From assembly GCA_964387365.1 (NCBI GenBank), contig CAYLWP010000001.1:11595-75594 (forward strand): a stretch of DNA of 64,000 nt, in the 5' to 3' direction. A program made the translations under genes and the position numbers. The DNA is from an uncultured Roseburia sp. (GTDB lineage: Bacteria > Bacillota > Clostridia > Lachnospirales > Lachnospiraceae). Positions 37,303 through 47,053 of the stretch are shown in pieces; position 1 is the stretch's first letter, and every line of letters begins with the position of its first letter. The notes beneath the pieces were generated by a model. That model saw only the letters and a program-made list of their open reading frames with translations. It did no database searches and was not told the DNA's origin.

Positions 37303-38661
37303 TTGAGGAAAAAAGACGGTTTTGATTATTTTGTAATAATAGTATTGACGATTTTTTTTGGATTTCTTTTGTTGACAGGAGAACCACAATACTTAGGAGA
37401 TACCTTTCAACATGAGAATCAATTTGTAACAAGAGAGCCTGTATATGCTCTGCTTATACAGACGTTACGAGCTCTGTCCCCGGAGTATCACTATCATCTT
37501 GTTATTATTGTACAAAATTTATTGGCAATATTTGCAAATTGTATCTTTTTACTTACATTAAGAAAAGAGCTTTCGTTAAAAGGGGCGTTTATATTGCCGT
37601 TATTGGCGATACTGATATCGCCACATATTATAACACCGCTTGCTTCAGCGTCAGGGATGGTAATTACGAACTCACTTCTGTCAGAAGGAATTGCGTATTC
37701 CTTGTATCTGTTTTTTGCGATATATATTTTTAAAACTGCATGGAAACAGGATTGTTTGGGCAAGGATAGTGTCACTGCTTTATGCTGGGCGATCATTATG
37801 TCTCTGGTGCGTGGACAGTTCATGGTATTGATTCTGGCTTGGTTTATTGTGGTAGCTTTGATTGCTGTTTGGCAGAAAAAGTGGAGCAGAATAGCAATAC
37901 TTGCTGTACTGCTATTCCTTTCTTTTATTGGAAGAGGACTGTTAGTGAAAACCTACAATTATTGCGAACAGGGTTTATTTGTAGGCACCGCATCGGGAAA
38001 AACGACAATGGTTACTAATGTTTTGTATGTAGCCGACAGAGAAGATGGAGAAGCGATTGCAGATGAAAAATTAAGAAATATGTATTATCAGGTGTATGAT
38101 GCTGCGTACGAAACAGGACTCAATTACAAGGCATCGGGAGAAGGTTTATATGCCAGAGCCTTGCATCATGCAGGCAGTCATGATACCTTGAAATTTGATT
38201 ATTTCATAGTGGCAGCTAAAGAATACGTAACCGAAACAACAGGAACTACAGTTGAAGATTATCAAACAATGATGGTGGAAGTAGATAGGGTGGCCTCAGC
38301 TATCATGAGTGAGCTGTTACCTGAGGTGCTTGGTAGGTATATTTATAATTATATGGCAATGATGATGATGGGATTTGTGCAGAGTATAGCAGTCATGCAT
38401 CCAATCTTAAACTGGTATGCACTTGTCATGTATATCTGTTTTATAGTGTTAATCATTTTTGCCTGGAAGATGAAAAAAGATTCCAAGATTGCATCAAGTG
38501 CAGCAATTGTGTTATTGATGATTACGGGAACTGTTACCGGTACGGCATTGATGATACATTGTCTGTCCCGATATGTTTTATATAACCTTCCATTGTTTTA
38601 TATTGCAGGTCTATTGCTCTTATTTGAGATAACGGATACGGTGAGTAAAAGAAAGCGTTGA
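37303..38661 (+). CDS. Multi-TM membrane protein (possible GT-C-like), AT-richer than its neighbours
   Basis: About 10 TMs with a short acidic motif after TM1 (YLGDT..REPVY) and an LLSEG motif. TTG start after GGAG at 37291. Confidence 0.5.
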   Translation: MRKKDGFDYFVIIVLTIFFGFLLLTGEPQYLGDTFQHENQFVTREPVYALLIQTLRALSPEYHYHLVIIVQNLLAIFANCIFLLTLRKELSLKGAFILPLLAILISPHIITPLASASGMVITNSLLSEGIAYSLYLFFAIYIFKTAWKQDCLGKDSVTALCWAIIMSLVRGQFMVLILAWFIVVALIAVWQKKWSRIAILAVLLFLSFIGRGLLVKTYNYCEQGLFVGTASGKTTMVTNVLYVADREDGEAIADEKLRNMYYQVYDAAYETGLNYKASGEGLYARALHHAGSHDTLKFDYFIVAAKEYVTETTGTTVEDYQTMMVEVDRVASAIMSELLPEVLGRYIYNYMAMMMMGFVQSIAVMHPILNWYALVMYICFIVLIIFAWKMKKDSKIASSAAIVLLMITGTVTGTALMIHCLSRYVLYNLPLFYIAGLLLLFEITDTVSKRKR

Positions 38662-38678
38662 GAAAGGACTGGAATAAA

Positions 38679-39653
38679 ATGGGATTCAGAGAGTTAAAAT
38701 TTCCGGAAAACAGTGTTTTCCTTGTAACAGGTGGAGCAGGATTTATCGGCTCCAACCTTTGTGAAGCACTAACAGATATGGGATATCAGGTAAGGTGCCT
38801 TGATGACCTGTCAACAGGCCATGAAAAAAATGTAAAGATGTTCATGGACAGACCAAACTATACCTTTATTAAGGGAGATATCAAGGATCTTGATACCTGT
38901 ATGAAGGCTTGTGAGGGCGTTGATTTCGTTATGAATCAGGCTGCCTGGGGCTCTGTTCCGAGAAGTATTGAGATGCCGCTATTCTATGAGCAGAATAATA
39001 TTATGGGTACATTAAATATGATGGAGGCGGCAAGACAAAACGGTGTAAAGAAGTTTGTCTATGCATCAAGCTCTTCCGTATACGGAGACCATCCGGTACT
39101 TCCGAAAAAGGAAGGACAGGAAGGTAATCTTTTGTCCCCATACGCATTAACCAAGCGTGTGGATGAGGAGTACGGTAAGCTTTACAAGAAGCTGTACGGT
39201 CTTGATACTTACGGACTTCGTTACTTCAACGTATTCGGACGTCGTCAGGACCCCAACGGTGCTTACGCTGCGGTTATTCCGAAGTTCATTAAGCAGCTCC
39301 TGGAGGGTGAGGTTCCGACCATTAACGGTGACGGAAAGCAGTCAAGAGACTTTACCTACGTTGATAATGTAATCGAAGCAAATATGAGAGCATGTCTGGC
39401 TCCAAGTGAGGCGGCAGGACAGGCCTTCAATATCGCTTACGGCGGAAGAGAGTATCTCATTGATATTTACTATAATCTTTGCAAGGCTCTCGGTAAGGAT
39501 GTAGAGCCGCACTTCGGACCGGACAGAGCCGGCGATATCAAGCATTCCAATGCGGATATTTCTAAGGCAAGAGAGTTACTCGGATACGATCCGGACTATG
39601 ACTTTGAGAAGGGTATTGCACTTGCTATTGAATGGTACAAGGCAAACCTGTAA
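38679..39653 (+). CDS. wbpP: UDP-GlcNAc/GlcNAcA 4-epimerase (WbpP/TviC-like)
   Basis: VTGGAGFIGSNL, QAAWGSVPRSI, YASSSSVYGD, SPYALTK, LRYFNVFGRRQDPNGAYAAVIP, GDGKQSRDFTY. Confidence 0.88.
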   Translation: MGFRELKFPENSVFLVTGGAGFIGSNLCEALTDMGYQVRCLDDLSTGHEKNVKMFMDRPNYTFIKGDIKDLDTCMKACEGVDFVMNQAAWGSVPRSIEMPLFYEQNNIMGTLNMMEAARQNGVKKFVYASSSSVYGDHPVLPKKEGQEGNLLSPYALTKRVDEEYGKLYKKLYGLDTYGLRYFNVFGRRQDPNGAYAAVIPKFIKQLLEGEVPTINGDGKQSRDFTYVDNVIEANMRACLAPSEAAGQAFNIAYGGREYLIDIYYNLCKALGKDVEPHFGPDRAGDIKHSNADISKARELLGYDPDYDFEKGIALAIEWYKANL

Positions 39654-39665
39654 TTGGAGAATTAG

Positions 39666-40412
39666 ATGAATATTTCAATAAGAATGGATGATATTACACC
39701 TGATATGGATTGGGCGAAGTTCCTTAGATTTAAGGAGCTTTGTGATCTGTATCAGGTCAAGCCGCTTATAGGGGTAGTTCCCGAAAATCAGGATGCCATG
39801 CTGAGTATAGACGAGGCTAGGGATGATTTTTGGGAATATTTATTACAGCTGCAAAAAGAGGGCTGGGTGATTGCACAGCATGGCTGTACACATATCTACA
39901 GCACAAAGAAAAAGGGGTGCTTTCCCTTAAATGCCATATCAGAATATGCAGGAAAGCCCTATGAAGAGCAGCTGGCATCCCTCAAAAAGGGCAAGGAAAT
40001 ACTGGAAAGCCATGGTATCTATACGGATATCTTTATGGCACCTGCTCATTCCTATGATAAGAATACACTTAAGGCATTAGTGGAAGCAGGCTTTACCAAG
40101 CTGACGGATGGCTTTGGTGACAGACCGTATGAGTGGCAGGGATTAACCTTTTATCCGATTTCCTTCAAGCAGAGCAATAGCCTAAAGCAGGAAAGCGGAT
40201 ATACAACCTTTGTCGTTCATGCCAATACCATGAATGATAAGGATTTTGAACGTTATGAGAAGCTGTTTGCCAAGTATAAGGATAAGCTGATTTCTTATCA
40301 GGAGTATTTACAGACTGAGTCCCAAATGCGTGGTATTTTTGGTAGGGGTAAAGAATACCTGATGGCAATCAGCAAGTATGTGTTAGTAAGAGTAAGCAGT
40401 CTGAGGAAATAG
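39666..40412 (+). CDS. DUF2334-type polysaccharide deacetylase
   Basis: IRMDDITP, KPLIGVVP, AQHGCTH, FMAPAHS, VVH: NodB/CE4-like motifs. Confidence 0.75.
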   Translation: MNISIRMDDITPDMDWAKFLRFKELCDLYQVKPLIGVVPENQDAMLSIDEARDDFWEYLLQLQKEGWVIAQHGCTHIYSTKKKGCFPLNAISEYAGKPYEEQLASLKKGKEILESHGIYTDIFMAPAHSYDKNTLKALVEAGFTKLTDGFGDRPYEWQGLTFYPISFKQSNSLKQESGYTTFVVHANTMNDKDFERYEKLFAKYKDKLISYQEYLQTESQMRGIFGRGKEYLMAISKYVLVRVSSLRK

Positions 40413-40437
40413 ATTACAAAATGCCAAAAGGAAAATT

Positions 40438-40466
40438 TTGCAGGAATACGAACCTACAGTGATAAT
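40438..40466 (+). promoter_or_regulatory. Possible weak sigma-A promoter
   Basis: TTGCAG, 17 bp, GATAAT in a 71-bp intergenic gap. Confidence 0.35.
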
Positions 40467-40483
40467 AGAAATGGAGACAATTA

Positions 40484-41662
40484 ATGAGTATAAGGGAAGC
40501 ACAGAAGCAAATCAGAGTTCTGCATGTGCTGGGAACCACCAATCTCGGCGGCGCAGAGAGTAGAATTATGGAGCTGTATCGCTGCATTGACCGCAGTAAA
40601 GTACAGTTTGATTTTCTGGTGCATACCAGTGAGGACGGACACTACAGCAAGGAAATCCGTGAGCTGGGTGGTCGTATATACAGTCTCCCACGTTTCAAGG
40701 TGATTAATCTTGCAGAGTATAAAAAGGCAATCAGAGCGTTTTTCAGAGCGCATCGGGAATTTGTAGCCGTGCAGGGGCATATGACCAGTACGGCATCCAT
40801 TTATCTGCCGATAGCGAAGAAGGAGAATCCTTCCATCGTAACGATTGCTCATGCAAGAAGCGCAGGTGTGGACAAGGGATTAAAAGGCTATGTAACCAAG
40901 GTGTTACGCAGTTCCTTAAAAGATAAAACAGATTATTGCTTTACCTGCTCCAAGGAGGCAGGGATTGCGGTATTCGGAGAAAAATGGGTGAAACAGGGTA
41001 AGGTATGGACCATCCCGAATGCCATTGACGCAAACCGCTTTCAGTTTGACAGGGGCGTTCGTGATGAAGTAAGAACCGAGCTTGGTATACAAGATAAGTT
41101 TGTTATCGGGCATGTGGGACGATTTGGATTTATGAAGAATCATAGTTATCTGGTTGATATCTTTGCAGAGCTTTGCAGGCAGAGAGAAGATATGGCTCTT
41201 GTACTGATTGGCAAGGGCGAGGAGGAAGAGAACGTACACACCAAGCTAAGGAGGCTCGGAGCAGAATATTTTGGTGATGAGAACGCATTGGAGAGTAAGG
41301 TACTGTTCCTTGGAAATAAATTCGATGTCGAGCGTTATTATCAGGCATTTGATTATTTTGTATTTCCATCGACCTTTGAGGGACTGCCGGGAAGCGTAGC
41401 AGAGGCACAGGCAGCAGGGCTGCACTGCCTGATATCGGATAAGATTACAGGAGAAGTTGCGTTGACAGAGCTGGTATCCTATCGAAGCATTGAGGAAGAA
41501 CCTAAGCTCTGGGCAGAGGAAATCCTGAAGAATGCCGATGAGGCATTGATTCGTGCGGATATGAGAGAAGCCATTGCAAAAAAGGGATTTGATGTAAATA
41601 CACAGGCGGTATTGATGGAGGAGTTCTATCGGACAGGGGAGAATCCGCCGGGAAGTAGGTAA
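40484..41662 (+). CDS. GT4 glycosyltransferase (EpsF/CapH-like)
   Basis: GGAESRIM..YRCIDRSKVQFDF, GHVGRF..MKNH, FEGLPGSVAEAQAAGL. Confidence 0.9.
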   Translation: MSIREAQKQIRVLHVLGTTNLGGAESRIMELYRCIDRSKVQFDFLVHTSEDGHYSKEIRELGGRIYSLPRFKVINLAEYKKAIRAFFRAHREFVAVQGHMTSTASIYLPIAKKENPSIVTIAHARSAGVDKGLKGYVTKVLRSSLKDKTDYCFTCSKEAGIAVFGEKWVKQGKVWTIPNAIDANRFQFDRGVRDEVRTELGIQDKFVIGHVGRFGFMKNHSYLVDIFAELCRQREDMALVLIGKGEEEENVHTKLRRLGAEYFGDENALESKVLFLGNKFDVERYYQAFDYFVFPSTFEGLPGSVAEAQAAGLHCLISDKITGEVALTELVSYRSIEEEPKLWAEEILKNADEALIRADMREAIAKKGFDVNTQAVLMEEFYRTGENPPGSR

Positions 41663-41664
41663 CG

Positions 41665-42852
41665 ATGACGGAAGTAGGGAATAAAAAAAGAATTATGCTG
41701 ATTGTACCAATGCTTCATCAGGGAGGCTTTGAGAGAATCTGTGTACTGACTGCAAGATTATTAAGTCAGATATATAAAGTGCATGTTGTGATTTTTAGCT
41801 CAGAAGATATGTTTTATGATGTATCGGGCTTGCATGTCATAGATTTGAAGCTTGGTGTAGTTCCCGGAAAGCTTGCAAAGGTTTTAAATATTTTCAAAAG
41901 AGTAAGGCGTGTAAGAAAGCTGAAAAAAGAGCTTGGTATTCAAATCAGCTATAGCTTTGGAACCACAGCAAACCTTGTTAATGTACTTTCTAAGGGTAAG
42001 GATATTACATGGGCGGGTATTCGTGGCTATGGTGCATTAGAAGAACGCCCGGAGATGGATGTCATCTGCAGACTGGCTGACAGAGTGGTAAGCTGTACGA
42101 AGGTCATGGAAGAGGATATCGCCAAAAGCTACAGTGTAAAGTCTTCCGCAACATTGTACAATCCCTGTAATCTGGAGGAAATTAAGCGATTGTCAGAAGA
42201 AAGCATCACACCGGAGTTTGAGGAATTTCTGCGCAAACCGGGTAAAACAGTCGTGTCCATGGGGCGAGAGGACGATATCAAGGGCTTCTGGCATCTGATT
42301 AAGAGCGTTTATCTGGTCAGAAAAAAAGTACCGGATGTAAAGCTTATGATTATAGGCGACGGAGTGTTTACAGAGTATCGGGAGTTAGTGGGAAACCTTG
42401 GCATGGAAGACGCGGTACTTTTTACCGGCGTACAGAAGAATCCATTTGCCTTGCTTGCAAGAGCTGATATATATGCGCTAACCTCAGACAGTGAAGGCTT
42501 TCCTAATGCCTTAATAGAGGCAATGGCATTAGGCCTTCCCTGCATTAGTGTGAATTGTAAGACAGGCCCTGCAGAGATTCTGCAGAATAATTATACAGAG
42601 TGCGAGGTCAATGACCGCGTATATGCTGCGGACTATGGTGTGCTTGCGCCGATTCTTACAGGCAAAAAGGATTTGACACAGGATAGCTTTACAAGTGAGG
42701 AACAGATATTTGCGGATGAATTGGCAAGGCTGTTGGCAGATGAGGCGGTTTGTGCGTCTTATCGGGAAAAGGCGATACAAAGAGCGTATGCCTTTGGCAT
42801 GGAAGCCTATGTACAAGATATCGGAAGGCTGATAGAAGAATCTGACAAATAA
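41665..42852 (+). CDS. GT4 glycosyltransferase
   Basis: GGFER, KGFWHLI, EGFPNALIEAMALGLP..CKTGPAEIL. Confidence 0.9.
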   Translation: MTEVGNKKRIMLIVPMLHQGGFERICVLTARLLSQIYKVHVVIFSSEDMFYDVSGLHVIDLKLGVVPGKLAKVLNIFKRVRRVRKLKKELGIQISYSFGTTANLVNVLSKGKDITWAGIRGYGALEERPEMDVICRLADRVVSCTKVMEEDIAKSYSVKSSATLYNPCNLEEIKRLSEESITPEFEEFLRKPGKTVVSMGREDDIKGFWHLIKSVYLVRKKVPDVKLMIIGDGVFTEYRELVGNLGMEDAVLFTGVQKNPFALLARADIYALTSDSEGFPNALIEAMALGLPCISVNCKTGPAEILQNNYTECEVNDRVYAADYGVLAPILTGKKDLTQDSFTSEEQIFADELARLLADEAVCASYREKAIQRAYAFGMEAYVQDIGRLIEESDK

Positions 42853-42878
42853 TATATTTGAATGGATAGAGGGCTGGA

Positions 42879-43919
42879 ATGGTTAATTACAATGTGAATT
42901 TAGAGGGAAAAACAGTATTAGTGACAGGTGCAGCCGGTTTTATAGGCGCAAACCTGGCAAAGCGGTTACTGGCAGCAGGAAAAAAAATCAAAGTAATCGG
43001 CTTGGACAGTATAACGGACTATTATGATGTAGCCCTGAAGGAAGCAAGACTTAATGAACTCAACAAATATCCGGACTTTACCTTTATCAAGGGCAGTATT
43101 GCGGATAGAGACCCCGTGGAAAAAATATTTGAAGAACACAAGCCACAGGTGGTAGTGAACCTGGCAGCACAGGCAGGTGTAAGGTATTCCATAACCAATC
43201 CGGATGCTTATATAGAGTCTAATCTGATTGGCTTCTACAATATTTTGGAGTGCTGTCGCCATAATCCGGTTGAGCATCTGGTATATGCAAGCTCTTCGAG
43301 TGTATACGGTATGAATCAAAAGATTCCCTTTTCCACAGAGGATAAGGTAGATACACCGGTCTCGCTGTATGCGGCAACGAAAAAGTCCAATGAATTGATG
43401 GCGCATGCCTATTCCAAGCTGTATGATATTCCGTCCACGGGACTGCGATTTTTTACGGTATACGGACCGGCGGGACGTCCTGATATGGCTTATTTTGGCT
43501 TTACCAATAAGCTGAGGGAAGGAAAGCAAATACAAATATTTAATTATGGAAATTGCAAACGTGACTTTACGTATATCGATGATATCGTAACAGGTGTTGT
43601 GAATGTCATGCAAAAGGCGCCGGAAGCGAATGAAAATGGCGTAAGGTACAAGGTTTATAATATTGGAAACAATCAACCGGAAAACCTGTTGGATTTCGTG
43701 GATATCCTTCAGCAGGAGCTTATTCGTGCAGGAGTATTGGATAAAGATTATGATTTTGAAGCTCATAAGGAATTAGTGCCGATGCAGCCGGGAGATGTGG
43801 AGATGACCTATGCGGATGTAGATAATCTGGTTGCGGACTTTGACTTTAAGCCAAAGACAAGCTTAAGGGAAGGCTTAAGAGCATTTGCGGAATGGTATAA
43901 GGATTACTATATGAAATAG
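42879..43919 (+). CDS. UDP-glucuronate 4-epimerase-like SDR (CapI/LpsL family)
   Basis: VTGAAGFIG, NLAAQAGVRYS, YASSSSVYG, SLYAATKKSNEL, LRFFTVYGPAGRPDMA, PMQPGDV. Confidence 0.88.
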   Translation: MVNYNVNLEGKTVLVTGAAGFIGANLAKRLLAAGKKIKVIGLDSITDYYDVALKEARLNELNKYPDFTFIKGSIADRDPVEKIFEEHKPQVVVNLAAQAGVRYSITNPDAYIESNLIGFYNILECCRHNPVEHLVYASSSSVYGMNQKIPFSTEDKVDTPVSLYAATKKSNELMAHAYSKLYDIPSTGLRFFTVYGPAGRPDMAYFGFTNKLREGKQIQIFNYGNCKRDFTYIDDIVTGVVNVMQKAPEANENGVRYKVYNIGNNQPENLLDFVDILQQELIRAGVLDKDYDFEAHKELVPMQPGDVEMTYADVDNLVADFDFKPKTSLREGLRAFAEWYKDYYMK

Positions 43920-43932
43920 GAATCCATAACAT

Positions 43933-45048
43933 ATGGAGAAGAGGATGAAAAAAATTGTATTTCATTTAAATTGTCTGGAGCGTGGTGGCGCAGAGCGAGT
44001 GGTTACCAATCTCTCGGGACAGTTTGCAGAGCATGGTTATGAAGTATATATCGCCACGGAGTGGCAGGGAGAAGACGAGTATGAGATTGACTCCCGTGTA
44101 ACAAGAGTTCATGTGGGACCAAGCAAAGAACAGGAAAAAAAGGGCAGGGCAGCCGTATTTTTGGCAAGAATCGCGAATCTCAGAAGCTTTTTAAAAAAAG
44201 TACAGCCGGATATCGTCATCGCCTTTGCAAGAAAAGCAAACTACAGAGCGCTGACGGCTACGATAGGAACAAAGATTCCTGTTATTATATCGGTTCGTAT
44301 TGCGCCGGTAGGGTGCTATGATCATCTGACGGATAAGATTCAGATACCGCTCTTATTCCCAAGAGCAGCCGGTTGTGTGTTCCAAACACAGGAACAGAAG
44401 GATTTTTTTCCGAAATATCTTCAGGATAAATCCCGTATCATACTGAATGCTATTAATCCGAAGTTTATCGGCAACCCGATTCCGGAGCAAAGGGAAAAGG
44501 TAGTTATGCATTCCGGCAGAATCGTAGATTTTAAGAATCAATGTATGCTAATCAGGGCATTTGAGGAGGTGCACAGAAAGCATCCGGATTATGTTCTGAA
44601 GATTTTTGGACAGAATACCTTTGATGGTACCTGGGAACAGCTCGAAGCGCAGATTGAAAAGAATCAGGCTTGGGACTATGTGAAATTAATGGGCGGCAGT
44701 AACCAGCTGGAAAAAGATATGATAAATGGAGCAGTAGCGGCGTTTTCCTCCGATATGGAGGGTATGCCCAATGCCATGCTGGAGGCAATGGCGCTTGGTT
44801 TACCGGTAGTCGCAACGGATTGTCCTCCCGGTGGACCAAGAATGGTCATTACTCCGGAAGAAAATGGACTTCTGGTGCCTGTAGGCGATGAAAAGGCACT
44901 GGCAGCGGCTATCAACAGATTAATAGAAGATCCGGAATTTGCCGAAAGGCTTGGAAGGAATGCTGCCGAAATAGGGAAAAAGGCAGGAGCTGAGATGATA
45001 TTCCGGGAGTGGGAAGATTATATTAACGAAATATGTGGAAAAAAATGA
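43933..45048 (+). CDS. GT4 glycosyltransferase (PglH/PglJ/AmsD-like), paralog A
   Basis: GGAERV and EGMPNAMLEAMALGLPVVATDCPPGGP. Confidence 0.9.
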   Translation: MEKRMKKIVFHLNCLERGGAERVVTNLSGQFAEHGYEVYIATEWQGEDEYEIDSRVTRVHVGPSKEQEKKGRAAVFLARIANLRSFLKKVQPDIVIAFARKANYRALTATIGTKIPVIISVRIAPVGCYDHLTDKIQIPLLFPRAAGCVFQTQEQKDFFPKYLQDKSRIILNAINPKFIGNPIPEQREKVVMHSGRIVDFKNQCMLIRAFEEVHRKHPDYVLKIFGQNTFDGTWEQLEAQIEKNQAWDYVKLMGGSNQLEKDMINGAVAAFSSDMEGMPNAMLEAMALGLPVVATDCPPGGPRMVITPEENGLLVPVGDEKALAAAINRLIEDPEFAERLGRNAAEIGKKAGAEMIFREWEDYINEICGKK

Positions 45049-45091
45049 GCAATCCAACCAATCATGACATATAGAAGGTGAGGGGAAAGCA

Positions 45092-46987
45092 ATGTGCGGA
45101 ATATGTGGATTTATCGCTAAAAAGTGTATAAATACAGAACAGCTGAAAGCTATGAATGATACGATGTACCACAGAGGTCCCAATGACAGCGGAGAGGAAA
45201 TCTTTCAGGCAGGAAATGGATATTACGTAGGCTTGGCTCAAAGAAGATTGTCAATTCTTGACTTATCCATGCTTGGACATCAGCCGATGCACTCCAACAA
45301 TGAACGACTTATAATCAGCTATAACGGTGAAATCTATAATTTTCTAGAATTAAGAGAAGAGTTAAAGGATTATCCGTTTCAGTCGCAATGCGATACAGAA
45401 GTGATTCTTGCTGCCTATATGAAGTGGGGAATCTCATGTGTTGATCGTTTTCAGGGAATGTTTGCTATTTCCCTGTTTGACAGAGAGACCAATGAATTAT
45501 ATCTTGTCAGGGACAGAATTGGTAAGAAGCCATTATATTATTGGCAGGATGGAGAAAATCTTGTATTTGCATCGGAACTGAAGCCGATTATGGAGTATCC
45601 GGGATTTCCTAAGGAGATTCGTAGAGATGTAATCAAGAGATATCTGTTCCATGAGTGCATCAATGAACCGGAGTCTGTTTTTAAGGATGTATATAAGCTT
45701 GAACCGGGACAGATACTTCGCTTTAAAGTGTGTGCGGAGTCCGCAGCACCTGTAATTGATAAGTGGAAATATTGGGATATTGCTGAAGTTTATCGTCGCA
45801 AGAAGGCAGAGGCTGTAGGAACGTATGAAGAAGCCAAGGAAGAGTTGAAAAATCTTCTGCGTGATGCTGTTAAGAAGAGAATGATTGCGGATGTACCGCT
45901 GGGAACCTTTTTGAGCGGCGGATATGATTCCTCTTTGGTAACTGCGCTGGCACAGGAAGCAAGTAGTGAGCCTGTAAAGACATATTCGATTGGATTTCAT
46001 GATAAAAAGCATAATGAGGCAGAGTATGCCAAGGCAGTAGCAAAGCATCTTGGTACACAGCACACGGAAATGTATATAGATGAGAAGACTATGTTTCAGA
46101 TGGTAGAAAGTATACCGAAGTATTATGATGAGCCGTTTGCGGACAGCTCTCAGATTCCGTCTATGTTGGTGTCTGAGCTTGCAGCGAAGGATGTTACGGT
46201 TGTTTTAACCGGAGACGGTGGAGACGAATTCTTCTGCGGTTATAATGTGTATGATTATGTAGCGCAGGCACAGAAGCTGGACGGGCTTGGGGAGCTGGTC
46301 TACGGTGTGTGTCAGTTGCCGCCGTTTAGGCAGATGCAGATGCTTGACAGACTTCCGTTTAAGGTACAGGTAATTGCCGAAAATCGTAACCGGGCAACCA
46401 AGACACAGCTCGGTGGAATGCCATTTAAACGAGTGATTGATAGAATGATTTTAGAGGAAGGTATCCCATACAAATTCCTAATCGAAGAAAAGTACGGAGA
46501 AAAAGACTGGCAGGCAAGAAGAATGCTGTTGGATGAGGAAACTTATTTGCCGGGAGATATTCTGTGCAAGGTAGACAGGGCTTCCATGAAGTATTCTATA
46601 GAATCCAGATGCCCGATTCTTGACCAGAGAGTGATGGAGTATTCTTATCGGTTGCCGCACTCCTATAAATATGCCAATGGCGTAAAAAAGCGTATCTTAA
46701 AGGATATCGCTTATGATTATATACCAAAGGAACTGCTTGAACGTCCTAAGGTTGGCTTTTCAGTTCCGCTTGATTCATGGTTACGAGGCCCGTTGAAGGA
46801 GCAGCTGACCGATATGTGTAATATGGAATTCTTGAAGCGTCAGGGAATTTTTGAGGCGGAGTATGTGAATCAGTTCCTGCAGGAATATTTGCAGACGGGA
46901 GACAAGGGCTCCGGAACCGGCAGCAATTATTCTAGAATGATGTGGGCATTTTTCGTATTCCAGCAGTGGTATCAGACTTATATGTAA
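45092..46987 (+). CDS. asnB: Asparagine-synthetase-like glutamine amidotransferase (WbpS/LtsA type), copy 1
   Basis: N-terminal MCGICG (Ntn Cys), HRGPND, RRLSILDLS, YNGEIYN, FLSGGYDSS, DEPFADSSQIP, GDGGDE, KVDRASM. Confidence 0.9.
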   Translation: MCGICGFIAKKCINTEQLKAMNDTMYHRGPNDSGEEIFQAGNGYYVGLAQRRLSILDLSMLGHQPMHSNNERLIISYNGEIYNFLELREELKDYPFQSQCDTEVILAAYMKWGISCVDRFQGMFAISLFDRETNELYLVRDRIGKKPLYYWQDGENLVFASELKPIMEYPGFPKEIRRDVIKRYLFHECINEPESVFKDVYKLEPGQILRFKVCAESAAPVIDKWKYWDIAEVYRRKKAEAVGTYEEAKEELKNLLRDAVKKRMIADVPLGTFLSGGYDSSLVTALAQEASSEPVKTYSIGFHDKKHNEAEYAKAVAKHLGTQHTEMYIDEKTMFQMVESIPKYYDEPFADSSQIPSMLVSELAAKDVTVVLTGDGGDEFFCGYNVYDYVAQAQKLDGLGELVYGVCQLPPFRQMQMLDRLPFKVQVIAENRNRATKTQLGGMPFKRVIDRMILEEGIPYKFLIEEKYGEKDWQARRMLLDEETYLPGDILCKVDRASMKYSIESRCPILDQRVMEYSYRLPHSYKYANGVKKRILKDIAYDYIPKELLERPKVGFSVPLDSWLRGPLKEQLTDMCNMEFLKRQGIFEAEYVNQFLQEYLQTGDKGSGTGSNYSRMMWAFFVFQQWYQTYM

Positions 46988-47053
46988 TGTGAAAATGTAT
47001 TTCACATACGAATTTGCGCAACGGCACACATTCGAGAGGTGAGGAGATTAGTA

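Noticed and set aside
42966-43766. 266-aa antisense ORF, and the many other 60-180 aa antisense or alternate-frame ORFs
   Set aside because: They shadow well-supported + strand genes and have no protein motifs; they are a by-product of codon bias.
46987-47007. Palindrome ATGTGAAA-atgta-TTTCACAT after asnB copy 1
   Set aside because: AT-rich 8-bp stem with no U-tract and no second copy noticed; it could be an operator or RNA stem but is unsupported.
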